This document shows, one piece after another, positions 7,992 through 17,477 of a stretch of 64,000 bases of DNA (position 1 is its first letter; each line of letters starts with the position of its first letter). Under the pieces are notes generated by a model. It did not search any database, was not told the origin of the DNA, and was given only the letters and a program-made list of their open reading frames with translations. Made by a program: the position numbers and the translations under genes. Source of the DNA: Planctomycetota bacterium (GTDB lineage Bacteria; Planctomycetota; Brocadiia; JAADGH01); the NCBI GenBank assembly GCA_013152475.1, contig JAADGH010000213.1:2271-66270 (forward strand), in the 5' to 3' direction.

Positions 7992-10900
7992 ATGCGTAAC
8001 GTCCGGATTGCATGTCACATCCTCCTGCTCCTTGCCCTCCCTGCTGCGGGGGCCTCCGCGCAGGGCGCAGGGGACGACATCGGCAGCCGCGCGGCGCTCA
8101 AGCGCACCATCGAATACCTCTCTTCCATCAACAGCCGCGTCACCGGCTATGCCGGCTGCGACGAGGCGGCTGCGTATGTGGAGATGCGCTTCCGCGAGTT
8201 GGGCCTCAGCAATATTGCGAGCGAGGAGTTCAAGCTGGCTGTGCCCGTGGACAGGGGGGCGCTCTTGACCGTCGGGAAGGGAAAAAACGCCAAAGAAATC
8301 CTCATCCACAGCCTGTGGCCCAACATGGTTCGCACCTCCAAGCTCCCGCCCACGGGGATCACGGGCTGCCTTATATACGGCCGCGGGGGCTACATGCTGG
8401 ACTTCAATGGGAAGGATGTCAAGGACAGCATCGTCTTGATGGAATTCAGCTCATCCACTCGCTGGCTGAACGCCGCACAGTTGGGCGCAAAGGCGATCAT
8501 CTTTATCGAACCACCTGGGGATATTCTGTTCCGCACCGATGCGGAGGAAAAATTCTTCGAGATTCCACTGCCCATGCCCCGCTTTTGGATCGCAAAGGCC
8601 GATCTCGCGGCGCTCGTGAAGGCGTTGGGCGTGAAGGCCCCACCGGTCGAGAACCGCCGCAAGCTCGAAATCAGCTTGCGCGAGGTCTTGTCCAAGAAGC
8701 GGCACTCCGTTCGGATCAAGGCCGACATGGCCTGGGAGATGCGCACGGCGCGCAACATCATCGCCACCATTCCCGGCACCGACCGCGAGCTTCGCAAGGA
8801 TACGATTATCCTCGAGGCCTACTATGATTCCATCTCGATCGTCCCCGGCCTGGCGCCGGGCGCTGAATCGACCTGTGGCCTGGCGATGATGCTCGAGCTG
8901 GCGCGATGGGCCGTCAAGCACCCCCCCCGGCGAACCCTCAAATTCGTTGCGGCGCCGGGGCATTTCGAGGCCCTGGCGGGCATCCGAGAGTATTCGAAGA
9001 AGCACTACTACACCCGGTACGAGCCGGAAGAGTCCTCAGAGCAGGAGGCCCGCGAAGAAGAAAAGGCCGAGCTGGAACAGGCCGAGCGCGAGGGGGTGCG
9101 AAAGCCCGGCCACCTCATGATCTCCCTCGATCTGTCCAGCGGGGAGAACCAGCTGGCTCTTTTCTACAAAGGGCATTTCTACGACCAATGGGCCGCTTGG
9201 GGCGAAGGACAGGAGGGGCGGCACCAGCGCCAGTTCATCCGCCTCGCCGAGCGAATCATGACGTACTACGAGGACCTCGACTCCGCCGAGTTTGACTCCA
9301 CACTCCTCAACGGCGTCGTGCCGAAACGGGATCGAGACTGGCAATCGATGGTCCCAGGCAAGATTGCCCTCGACAGCGAGGTGGTATGTCTCGCAGGCCG
9401 GCAGGCCGTGGCGTTTGTTACGGCCAACGACTCCCGGAGTTATGTAGACACGCCGCTGGATGTCGTCGCGAAGGTTCGATTTGACAATCTCGAGGCCCAG
9501 GCGAAGCTCTTGATCGCCCTGTTTGGGAAGATCTTCAACGACCCGGAGCTCCCGCTCACCGATAAACTGCACCAGGGATGGGTGGGCGACTCCTTCGGCA
9601 AGGTGCGCGAGGACCTCCTGCTGGCATACCTTCCCGAGACGGCCATCCCCGGCGCCGTCGTCGGCGTCCTGCTCACCAACGAAACGAAACCGCTGTTCGG
9701 CGTCCGGCCGCGGGCCTACACCATCAGCGAGTCGCATGGATTGTTCGAGTTCTTCGGCCTGGACCGGAACGCGCGGCCCTACTGGCGGAATGTTGTGGCC
9801 TTCAAACTGGACCCCAAGGACGGCAGCATCTCGTGGGCCTTGAAGCCGCGAAGCGAAAACCGTCAGTTCGGCCTGCATCCGATCTGGTGGCGGAGGCGGA
9901 ATAAGGACTGGACGAAACGGGCCATCGACATCCGCCTGCCCGTGTTTCAGTGCACCTCATGGGTGATCTACGACCTGATCGACCAACTGGACCTGCAAAG
10001 CCTGGGGAAGCTGACGGTGCTGGACGCGAGCACAAACGCGAAGCCGCGCAAGGCCGTCTACTTCCTGGGGGAGGTGGGGGAGGGCACGTCCTTTTCCGAA
10101 CCGTGCGCCGTGGTATTTACCGAGCCGGACACGCACATCAAGCTGACCATGGAGCCGCGCGGCCGTGGCATCCAGCAACAGCGCCTTACCCTCCTGAATG
10201 TTCCCCCCGGCATCGTGACGGTCGTCAATGTGCGGACCAACAAGGAACTGGCCATATTTCCGGGGCACAAGGGCGAGGTGGACGCGGTGGCCTTCGCCCC
10301 CGACGGGGTGACTGTCGCGTCGGGCGGCGAGTCGGGGCTCTGCCGCATATGGCCCCTGGCCGTTCACAAGGAGGGGGAGACCGTGAAGGGGGAGGTGCTT
10401 CGGGGACATACGGCCCGGATCAACGACCTGGATTTTTCGCCCGACGGCCGATTCCTGGTGTCGGCGTCGGACGATCACACGTGCCGCGTCTGGGACTGGA
10501 AACGCAAGGAAGAGATCGGGCGGTTCGAGCAGCACGGGGCGCCGGTGCTGTCTGCTCGGTTCTCCCCGGACGGGCGGCGCGTGGTTTCGGGCAGCGCCGA
10601 CGGGAAGGTGTGGATCTGGCCGATTCGCCCTGACAAGAAGGCCAAGATCGAACCGAAGAGCGTTCTCCTTGCCGGGCACACAGGCGGGGTGAACGCGGTC
10701 GCGTTTTCTCCGGACGGAACGCGGGTGGTTACCGGTTCCGACGACATGACGTGTCGCGTCTGGGACGCGGCCACCGCAAAGGTCCTTTGTACGTTTGCGG
10801 GGCACCGCGGCGCGGTGAACGCCGTCGCGTTCTCGCCGGATGGGAAGCGTGTGGCGTCAGGGTCGGACGATACCACATGCCGCGTCTGGAACGCAGAGAA

Positions 10901-13859
10901 CGGGACCGGGCAACTGGTCCTTGAGGGGCACACGGGCGACATCCTGACCCTTCTCTTTTCGCGGGACGGGAAGGAAGTCGTCACGGCAGCAGATGACGGG
11001 ACCAGCCGCCGGTTCGACGCCGCTACGGGCAAGGAAATCCAGCGGCAGGACGTACGGGCCTGGGACGTGGCGCGGCTGGGCTTGCGAAAGGGGGACCCGA
11101 TCCTTGCCATGATGGACCCCTCTCGGCGCAAAGAGAGCCAGGAGGGCGTCGGTTTCGCGCCGGTACCCGGCAAGTCCGAGAATTTTATCTACAACACCTC
11201 ATACCGCGTGGCCCGGGATATGTGGGGGCTGGATGCCTTCCGGATCGAGAAGCTGCGCGAGACGGGCATCGCAAACAAGCGTGTGGATGAGCTGCACTCC
11301 CTGGCCGGGCGGTGTCTCCACAAGGCGAAGAAGCATTGGCGACAAAGGAACTACGACAAATTCCTCGATGCGGTCCGATCGTCCTGGGCCTTCGAGTCGG
11401 GGGCCTACCCCCATGTCCACCGGACGGCGAATGACGTGCTCATCGGGATTATGTTCTACTTCGCCGTGCTTATGCCCTTTGTTTTCTTCTGTGAGCGGCT
11501 GCTCATCGCCGCCGCCGACATCCGCCGACAGCTCATGTGGCTGGGGATCATCTTTCTGATCGTCTACCTCATCCTGTATGGGGTGCATCCGGCCCTCCGG
11601 CTGTCGAGCACGCCGATTATCATTATCGACGGGTTCTTCATGATCGCCTTGGGTCTGCTGGTGATCTTCTATATCCTGAACAAGTTTAATCAACAGATGG
11701 AAGACGCCCGGGCCAAGTCCACGTTTGTCCACCGGACCGATGTGGCCCGGGGCTCTGCGGCGGCGGCAGCCTTTCTGCTGGGCATCTCGAACATGCGGAA
11801 GCGAAAGGTCCGCACGGCCCTGACGTGCATTACCTTGATCTTGCTCACGTTTTCGCTTCTTTCGCTCGCGTCCTTCGAGACCGAGCTGCGCTCCTACAAG
11901 GTGGCCACAAAGTACAACAAACCCTACGAGGGAGTGCTCCTTCGGCGGCTCAACTGGGCGCCCATCGAGGAGCACGCCTATTATACACTTTTGGAACACT
12001 TCCGCGACGCCGGCGGGCTGTGCTGCCTTCGGTCGTGGATTTCTCCGGAACGGGGCCAGAACCTTGCTCTGGATGTGACCAACGTGGAGAACCCGCGGTG
12101 GGGGGCCTATGCGGCCAGGGGCGTTCTGGGGCTGGATCCGCGCGAGCCAGAACTGACCGGGCTGGACAGACACCATCTCAAAGGCGCACGATGGTTTACC
12201 GGGAAAGAGGAACGGTATCCCTTCGTCTGCCTGCTGCCAAAACATATGGCTGAGGAAATCGGAATCGAACTGAAGCCGAACCAGCCGCCGCCGCAGGTGC
12301 GACTGCTTGGCAACGACCTGGATGTGATCGGAATCTTCGACGACTCCATCGGCATGCTCGACCACATTCGTCTCGAACACTTTCGCAAGCCTCCTGAAGG
12401 CGAGGATTTGGACGCCTGCAAGAAGGGCGAGTGGTATGTCTGCCCGTACTGTGGGGAGCAGTTCGCCTCCAAGACAGGTTTCTACGGCACCACGGACCTT
12501 GACAGCGAGCCGCTCACACCGGTGGACTTTGCAGAGATGCAGGAGCGTCACGAGGAAGAGGAGTCTCTGGACCTGCAGGAGGAGGACGAGAGCGGGACCA
12601 AGAGCACGAAGAGCGAGCTGCTGCCGGACCCCGATGACTACTACCACCAGGATCCGGGCAACGTGGTGATCGTGCCCAACGACCTCGCCATCAAGATGGG
12701 CGCGACGATTCGCTCGATCGGTGTGAAGCTGCAGGGCCGGAAGGTAAAGCAGATCGTCGAGAAGTTCACGCAGCGGACGAATCTGCTGCTCTTCACCGGT
12801 GTCCCCGTTTCGCCGGAGGAGGAGGCGCGGGGGTCGAAGGGCGTTTACCTCTACCGGTCGAGAGGGCAGCTCTCGGTGAAGGGCATTGCGAACCTGCTTG
12901 TGCCGATGGCGATTGCCGGCCTGATCGTCTTCAACACCATGCTTGGCTCGGTGTATGAGCGAATGAAGGAGATCAGCATCTACGCCTCGGTGGGTCTGGC
13001 GCCTATGCACATCTCCGCCCTCTTTCTCGCGGAGTCGACGGTGTATGCCATCATCGGCGCTGTGGTGGGGTATCTGATCGGGCAGATTGGGGCGCGGTTC
13101 CTCACGCTGAATTTCCCGAACATCGGGCTGAACCTGAACTATTCCTCGACGGCCGCGGTCTGGGCCACGATGATGGTGATCGGGATCGTCATTCTGTCCA
13201 CGGCCTATCCGGCGCGCAAGGCGGCGCAATTGTCCGTGCCCGATGAGACGCGGAAGATGAAGCTGCCGAAGCCGGAAGGGGACATATGGAAATTCGTGTT
13301 CCCCTTCACCGTCAGGCACACGGAGACGATTGCCGTGAGCATGTTCCTCCACGACTACTTCACCTCCCACGACGAGGACGCACTGGAGGGGTTCACTGCG
13401 GACGAAGTGGGTCTGGCCGAGAAGGAAGCGGGGGACAGGACGGTGTACATCCTGACGAGCAAGGTATGGGTGCAGCCGCTTGACATGGGCATCAGCCAGT
13501 GGGTGAAGATCACGACCTTCCCCGATCCCACCGATGAACAGCTTTACCTGATGGAGTTCGAAATCCACCGAGAGAGCGGCGAGGTGGAGGCATGGGGGCG
13601 GATGAACGTGGGGTTCTTGCGGTTGGTGCGGAAGCAGCTCCTCATCTGGCGGCTGGTCGAGTCCGACTACAAGAAACGGCTCGACATGCGCGGACGCGCC
13701 GTTCTGGCCGGAGAGCCCGTGCCCCCGCCGTATGAGGATGAGCCGGAGGCCGAGGAGACCGAAACGGCCTCGGAATCCGCGCAGGGGGGAGAGGATGGCG
13801 ACGACGAGGCGCTCGATCCCGAAGAGTTCAGGAGTGAAGGAAGCGGAACGACTACGTGA
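7992..13859 (+). CDS. 1955-aa fusion protein: signal peptide, degenerate PA/M28 peptidase-like domain, WD40 propeller, 3 TM helices and an FtsX/MacB-type permease with a large extracytoplasmic loop and acidic tail
   Basis: AAGGAAGGG RBS. Signal peptide ILLLLALPAAGASAQG. M28-like block LEAYYDSISIVPGLAPGAESTCGLAMMLELAR. At least six WD40 units (GH..FSPDG....DD.TCRVWD). FtsX TM1 RKRKVRTALTCITLILLTFSLL. FtsX C-terminal helices LVPMAIAGLIVFNTMLGSVYERMKEISIYASVGL...AYPARKAA. Confidence 0.9.
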   Translation: MRNVRIACHILLLLALPAAGASAQGAGDDIGSRAALKRTIEYLSSINSRVTGYAGCDEAAAYVEMRFRELGLSNIASEEFKLAVPVDRGALLTVGKGKNAKEILIHSLWPNMVRTSKLPPTGITGCLIYGRGGYMLDFNGKDVKDSIVLMEFSSSTRWLNAAQLGAKAIIFIEPPGDILFRTDAEEKFFEIPLPMPRFWIAKADLAALVKALGVKAPPVENRRKLEISLREVLSKKRHSVRIKADMAWEMRTARNIIATIPGTDRELRKDTIILEAYYDSISIVPGLAPGAESTCGLAMMLELARWAVKHPPRRTLKFVAAPGHFEALAGIREYSKKHYYTRYEPEESSEQEAREEEKAELEQAEREGVRKPGHLMISLDLSSGENQLALFYKGHFYDQWAAWGEGQEGRHQRQFIRLAERIMTYYEDLDSAEFDSTLLNGVVPKRDRDWQSMVPGKIALDSEVVCLAGRQAVAFVTANDSRSYVDTPLDVVAKVRFDNLEAQAKLLIALFGKIFNDPELPLTDKLHQGWVGDSFGKVREDLLLAYLPETAIPGAVVGVLLTNETKPLFGVRPRAYTISESHGLFEFFGLDRNARPYWRNVVAFKLDPKDGSISWALKPRSENRQFGLHPIWWRRRNKDWTKRAIDIRLPVFQCTSWVIYDLIDQLDLQSLGKLTVLDASTNAKPRKAVYFLGEVGEGTSFSEPCAVVFTEPDTHIKLTMEPRGRGIQQQRLTLLNVPPGIVTVVNVRTNKELAIFPGHKGEVDAVAFAPDGVTVASGGESGLCRIWPLAVHKEGETVKGEVLRGHTARINDLDFSPDGRFLVSASDDHTCRVWDWKRKEEIGRFEQHGAPVLSARFSPDGRRVVSGSADGKVWIWPIRPDKKAKIEPKSVLLAGHTGGVNAVAFSPDGTRVVTGSDDMTCRVWDAATAKVLCTFAGHRGAVNAVAFSPDGKRVASGSDDTTCRVWNAENGTGQLVLEGHTGDILTLLFSRDGKEVVTAADDGTSRRFDAATGKEIQRQDVRAWDVARLGLRKGDPILAMMDPSRRKESQEGVGFAPVPGKSENFIYNTSYRVARDMWGLDAFRIEKLRETGIANKRVDELHSLAGRCLHKAKKHWRQRNYDKFLDAVRSSWAFESGAYPHVHRTANDVLIGIMFYFAVLMPFVFFCERLLIAAADIRRQLMWLGIIFLIVYLILYGVHPALRLSSTPIIIIDGFFMIALGLLVIFYILNKFNQQMEDARAKSTFVHRTDVARGSAAAAAFLLGISNMRKRKVRTALTCITLILLTFSLLSLASFETELRSYKVATKYNKPYEGVLLRRLNWAPIEEHAYYTLLEHFRDAGGLCCLRSWISPERGQNLALDVTNVENPRWGAYAARGVLGLDPREPELTGLDRHHLKGARWFTGKEERYPFVCLLPKHMAEEIGIELKPNQPPPQVRLLGNDLDVIGIFDDSIGMLDHIRLEHFRKPPEGEDLDACKKGEWYVCPYCGEQFASKTGFYGTTDLDSEPLTPVDFAEMQERHEEEESLDLQEEDESGTKSTKSELLPDPDDYYHQDPGNVVIVPNDLAIKMGATIRSIGVKLQGRKVKQIVEKFTQRTNLLLFTGVPVSPEEEARGSKGVYLYRSRGQLSVKGIANLLVPMAIAGLIVFNTMLGSVYERMKEISIYASVGLAPMHISALFLAESTVYAIIGAVVGYLIGQIGARFLTLNFPNIGLNLNYSSTAAVWATMMVIGIVILSTAYPARKAAQLSVPDETRKMKLPKPEGDIWKFVFPFTVRHTETIAVSMFLHDYFTSHDEDALEGFTADEVGLAEKEAGDRTVYILTSKVWVQPLDMGISQWVKITTFPDPTDEQLYLMEFEIHRESGEVEAWGRMNVGFLRLVRKQLLIWRLVESDYKKRLDMRGRAVLAGEPVPPPYEDEPEAEETETASESAQGGEDGDDEALDPEEFRSEGSGTTT
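10263..11024 (+). repeat. intragenic tandem ~126-nt (42-aa) WD40-coding repeats
   Basis: Six consecutive units with recurring nucleotide strings, e.g. gacga...acgtg(c/t)cgcgtctgg(g/a)ac, encoding DD.TCRVW(D/N). Confidence 0.85.
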
Positions 13860-15811
13860 GCATTCTCCAAGAAGACTATTTATCCATACGTGAGCTTCAG
13901 GAAGAACCGCAGGAATACCAGGAAGGGTTTGGCTGGAAGGCCGTGATCGGCGGCCTTTTTGTCGGCTTCTTAATGGTTCCGGGCAACATGTTCCTGGAGC
14001 TTATGGTCGGGAGCCACATCGGGGCCGCAGCGGACTGGGTGACGGTCATCATCTTCATGGAGATCGCCAAGCGCTGCCGGTCGAAGCTGACGAAACAGGA
14101 GATCGTCATCCTCTACATGATCGCGGGCGGCGTACTGGGCAGCGCCACCGGGGGGTACTTCAAGACCTTTATCTGGAACCAGTATTTCGTGCGATCGGAG
14201 GCGGCGGTCAATTTCGGGATCGGCGAGCGTATTCCCATCTGGGTCGCCGCCCCGCCGGAGTCGGAGGCCTACAAGATCCGGTCCCTGCTCCACCGGGACT
14301 GGTGGCCCCACATCGCCTTGATCGGGATCGGCATTATCTGGGGGCGGCTCAACCTCTACTCTCTGGGCTACACCTTCTTCCGGCTCACGTCGGACATCGA
14401 GCGCCTGCCGTTTCCGCTGGTTCCCATCGCGGCCCAGGGCATCACCGCCCTGGCCGAGTCCGATAAAGAGACCTGGCGCTGGAAGTGTTTCAGCATCGGC
14501 GCCACCATCGGCATCGTCTTCGGGGCGATCTATATCGGTGTGCCGACGCTCACGGCGGGCATTTTAGGGAAACAACTCCAGATTATTAAAGTACCCTTTT
14601 ACGACTTCACCCGGAATCTCGAGACGATCCTTCCCGCCGTGCCGATCAAATTACCGACCAACCTGGGTCAGGTGTTCATCGGGTTCGTCTTGCCCTTCTG
14701 GATGATCATGGGGTCGGCCATTGCCGGCGTCATCGGCCAGCTTGTCATGAACCCGATCCTGTACCGATGCGGTATCCTGGTGAAATGGCACCCGGGCATG
14801 GGGTTCATCGAGACGAGCATCGCCAACAATCTCGACTTCTGGCTGAGCTGGGGGATCGGCGTGGCCCTTGCCGTCGCACTGATCGGCTTTTACGAGGTCA
14901 TCAAGACGCTGTGGAAGGCCAGGACGCAGAAAAAGGAGTACCAGCACATCTATGAACCGCCGAAGGGGCGGGGGGACATACCCGTTCCGCTGTCGATCCT
15001 CTTCTACATCGCCACGACATCCTGGAAGATCATCCTCTGTCACATGCTGGTGCCGAAATTCCCGGTCTGGATTATGGTTGTCTTCGGCTTCCTCTATACC
15101 CCGCTCATGTCCTACATCTCGGCCCGCATGGTGGGCCTGACGGGACATGGCGTGGGCTTTCCCTACATTGATGACGCGGCCTATATCCTGAGCGGCTATA
15201 AGGGCATCGACATATGGATGGCCCCCATGCCGATGGGCAACTATGGAGGGCAGGCGGCAAGTTTCCGAAAGACGGAGCTGACGGAAACGCGCTTCACCAG
15301 CCTCTTCAAGATGCAGCTCTACATCATTCCGCTGGCCTTCTTCTGCAGCCTGTTCTTCTGGTCCTTCATCTGGCGTATGGGCAAGATACCCTCTCACCTC
15401 TACCCCTACGCCGCAATCTATTGGCCCATGGGGGCGTTTCAGCGCGCCTTCTGGCTGACGGCCACCACCACGGGCAATGAGTTCTTCTTGAGCGCAATCA
15501 AGTTCCGGGTGATCGGCGCGGGCCTGACCTTCGGCATGGTCGGCTATCCGATCATGCGGATTCTGGGGTTGCCCACGCTGTTGCTCTACGGCATGATTCG
15601 CGGCATGGCGACGGACCCGATGGACTGCATCCCGGAGGTGCTGGCTGCGTTCACGGGAAGATGGTACTTTGCGAAGCGATTCGGCGAGCAGAACTGGCGC
15701 CGATACACCCCCATCCTGGCGGCGGGATTCGGGTGCGGAATGGGCCTGATCGGCATGGTCTGTGTGGCGGTGAGCCTGGTCTCGAAGGCCATTTCGTCCC
15801 TTCCTTTCTGA
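13856..15811 (+). CDS. large polytopic membrane protein, possibly OPT-superfamily-like transporter
   Basis: The GTG start overlaps the upstream stop (GTGA). The N-terminal pattern FGWKAVIGGLFVGFLMVPGNMFLELMVGSHIGAAADWVTVIIFMEIAKR...KQEIVILYMIAGG is reminiscent of OPT N-termini (weak, by eye). Hydrophobic throughout. Confidence 0.82.
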   Translation: MSILQEDYLSIRELQEEPQEYQEGFGWKAVIGGLFVGFLMVPGNMFLELMVGSHIGAAADWVTVIIFMEIAKRCRSKLTKQEIVILYMIAGGVLGSATGGYFKTFIWNQYFVRSEAAVNFGIGERIPIWVAAPPESEAYKIRSLLHRDWWPHIALIGIGIIWGRLNLYSLGYTFFRLTSDIERLPFPLVPIAAQGITALAESDKETWRWKCFSIGATIGIVFGAIYIGVPTLTAGILGKQLQIIKVPFYDFTRNLETILPAVPIKLPTNLGQVFIGFVLPFWMIMGSAIAGVIGQLVMNPILYRCGILVKWHPGMGFIETSIANNLDFWLSWGIGVALAVALIGFYEVIKTLWKARTQKKEYQHIYEPPKGRGDIPVPLSILFYIATTSWKIILCHMLVPKFPVWIMVVFGFLYTPLMSYISARMVGLTGHGVGFPYIDDAAYILSGYKGIDIWMAPMPMGNYGGQAASFRKTELTETRFTSLFKMQLYIIPLAFFCSLFFWSFIWRMGKIPSHLYPYAAIYWPMGAFQRAFWLTATTTGNEFFLSAIKFRVIGAGLTFGMVGYPIMRILGLPTLLLYGMIRGMATDPMDCIPEVLAAFTGRWYFAKRFGEQNWRRYTPILAAGFGCGMGLIGMVCVAVSLVSKAISSLPF

Positions 15812-15818
15812 GGCGGCG

Positions 15819-17477
15819 ATGAAAGCAAGCACAAAGAGGTTCCTGATTGCGTTCGGCTATCTCGCCACGCTGGCGTGGATCGTCCCCGCGTTCATGCACA
15901 TCGTGTATCAGTCTGTGGAACAGCACCACATCTTCGCCATGCTCCGAACCGTCCGGTACAATCAAGACGAACCGGCGATCGGCGAGGCCGAGAAGGGCCT
16001 CAGCGAGTTCGGCTTGGAGGGCCTCATCTATGTCATTCAGGAATTGAAACAAGATGAGGAGCGTGACCGGCGAATCAAACTGACCAATGTGTTGGAGCGA
16101 TTCCTGACGGGCGATTCGGACCGCGGCCGCTGGGGATGGGGCGAGAATCACGCCCTGCGTCAGCTTCTCGATACCTGGCCGAAAACACCCGGGCGAAGGA
16201 TGGCCGAGCTGAACATGGAGCAGATGAAGGAGATCCTGTTACACAGGAAACCGGGGGAACTCAAGCCGCACGAACGGCGGCAGCTCCTGAACTTCGCAAT
16301 TGAGTATGCCCTGATCACCTTGCGGTGGGACATTGACGAGAAGACCCAGGTCTTTCGGAACCGAGGGGAGCGGCTTCGGTTCAGCGAGTTTTTGGCGCTT
16401 GTGCGCAGCGAGCAGCTCCGAATGCAATTCCAGGTGACGGAGGCGAAGCCCGAAGTCGAGCTCAGCGGCGATCAGATGAAGCGCGCGGAGGACTTCGCCA
16501 AGGATTGGCTGGACAAGGAGGCGGGGCTGAGTAACAAGCTTGGACAATCCGAAGAGGCCGATCTCGCCTGGAAACTCCAGGGCTTCCTCGGCGGAGCCCC
16601 CGTTGCCTTCGTCCCCGAAGAGTGCGACAAGATGATCCGGATACTGGAGGACCAGCGGGCGAAGGAGGCGATGCTTTCCCCCAAGCTGTTGCCTGCGGCA
16701 TACGCCTCCTTGCAGCAAAAACTCCGCATGTTTTCGGACGGGGCGGCGGTGCGCTTTCCGGATGAGGACATGAAAGACGTCTGCACGAGGCTGGAGAAGT
16801 TCAAGGATGACTACATCAGCTACGCCGTCGAGATGAAGTTCAAAAAAACCACGGAAGGCCACTTTCTCAAACTGAAAGACGCAGGCGTCAATCTGTTCGA
16901 CATCCGCAGGGACGAGGTGCCCGTTGTCCTGAAGATCATCCACGAATGCCGGCGGGAGTATGCCTACGCGCGGGTCCAGATGGCCCGCACGGCGCGGCGG
17001 ATCGTTCTCGACCTGACGGGGCGGCGGGTTCGGTTTCAGACCCTTGTGAGAGACCTGAGCCCGGACCTGGGAATTTTCGAACATATCAAAAAGGCATGGA
17101 AGGCCAAGAACGACGAGATCGTCATGCTCGATCTCATCGACCTGCTGCAGGACGATGACTTCGGCGTGCGAGTGAACATCTCCGATGCGCTCGTCGCCAT
17201 CGGAAATCCCGCCGTCTATTACCTGGTCGAACAACTGAAGAAGGAGCGGGTCAACTCCACGGCTGTCGTCCCCACGCGGGACAAGAGCCGGGCCGAGCGG
17301 GAAAAAGAGCTCAACGCCAAGAACACCCAGGCGCGCAAGGCGGTGGCCATGATCCTGGGGCGAATCGGATCGAAGGAAGCGGAGTTTCAACTCCAGCTGA
17401 TGACTCGAGACCCCGTCATTGGCGCAACCTGCCACAAGGCCCTCGAACGGCTGCGCAGGCAGAAAGCGAGGAAATGA
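15819..17477 (+). CDS. N-terminally anchored alpha-helical protein with C-terminal HEAT/PBS-lyase-like repeats
   Basis: TM helix FLIAFGYLATLAWIVPAFMHIVY. C-terminal LLQDDDFGVRVNISDALVAIGNPAVYYLV and ARKAVAMILGRIGSKEA repeats. The start lies 7 nt after the upstream stop. Confidence 0.78.
   Translation: MKASTKRFLIAFGYLATLAWIVPAFMHIVYQSVEQHHIFAMLRTVRYNQDEPAIGEAEKGLSEFGLEGLIYVIQELKQDEERDRRIKLTNVLERFLTGDSDRGRWGWGENHALRQLLDTWPKTPGRRMAELNMEQMKEILLHRKPGELKPHERRQLLNFAIEYALITLRWDIDEKTQVFRNRGERLRFSEFLALVRSEQLRMQFQVTEAKPEVELSGDQMKRAEDFAKDWLDKEAGLSNKLGQSEEADLAWKLQGFLGGAPVAFVPEECDKMIRILEDQRAKEAMLSPKLLPAAYASLQQKLRMFSDGAAVRFPDEDMKDVCTRLEKFKDDYISYAVEMKFKKTTEGHFLKLKDAGVNLFDIRRDEVPVVLKIIHECRREYAYARVQMARTARRIVLDLTGRRVRFQTLVRDLSPDLGIFEHIKKAWKAKNDEIVMLDLIDLLQDDDFGVRVNISDALVAIGNPAVYYLVEQLKKERVNSTAVVPTRDKSRAEREKELNAKNTQARKAVAMILGRIGSKEAEFQLQLMTRDPVIGATCHKALERLRRQKARK

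Noticed and set aside
10263-11024. Regularly spaced ~126-nt nucleotide repeats. I briefly considered a repeat array or CRISPR-like structure.
   Set aside because: The repeats are in frame and encode WD40 blades, and they have no spacer/repeat architecture.
12418-12462. Possible zinc ribbon CKKGEWYVCPYC inside the extracytoplasmic loop of the FtsX module.
   Set aside because: Only three cysteines are present (C-x7-C-x2-C), with no second CxxC knuckle nearby, and the predicted location is periplasmic. It is more likely disulfide or structural, which is too weak to call.
11199-13568. 789-aa ORF on the minus strand inside the giant gene.
   Set aside because: It lies entirely antisense to a CDS with clear FtsX and other motifs. 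Its translation is Arg/Gly/Pro/His-rich with no motifs, which is the usual long antisense open frame of GC-rich DNA.
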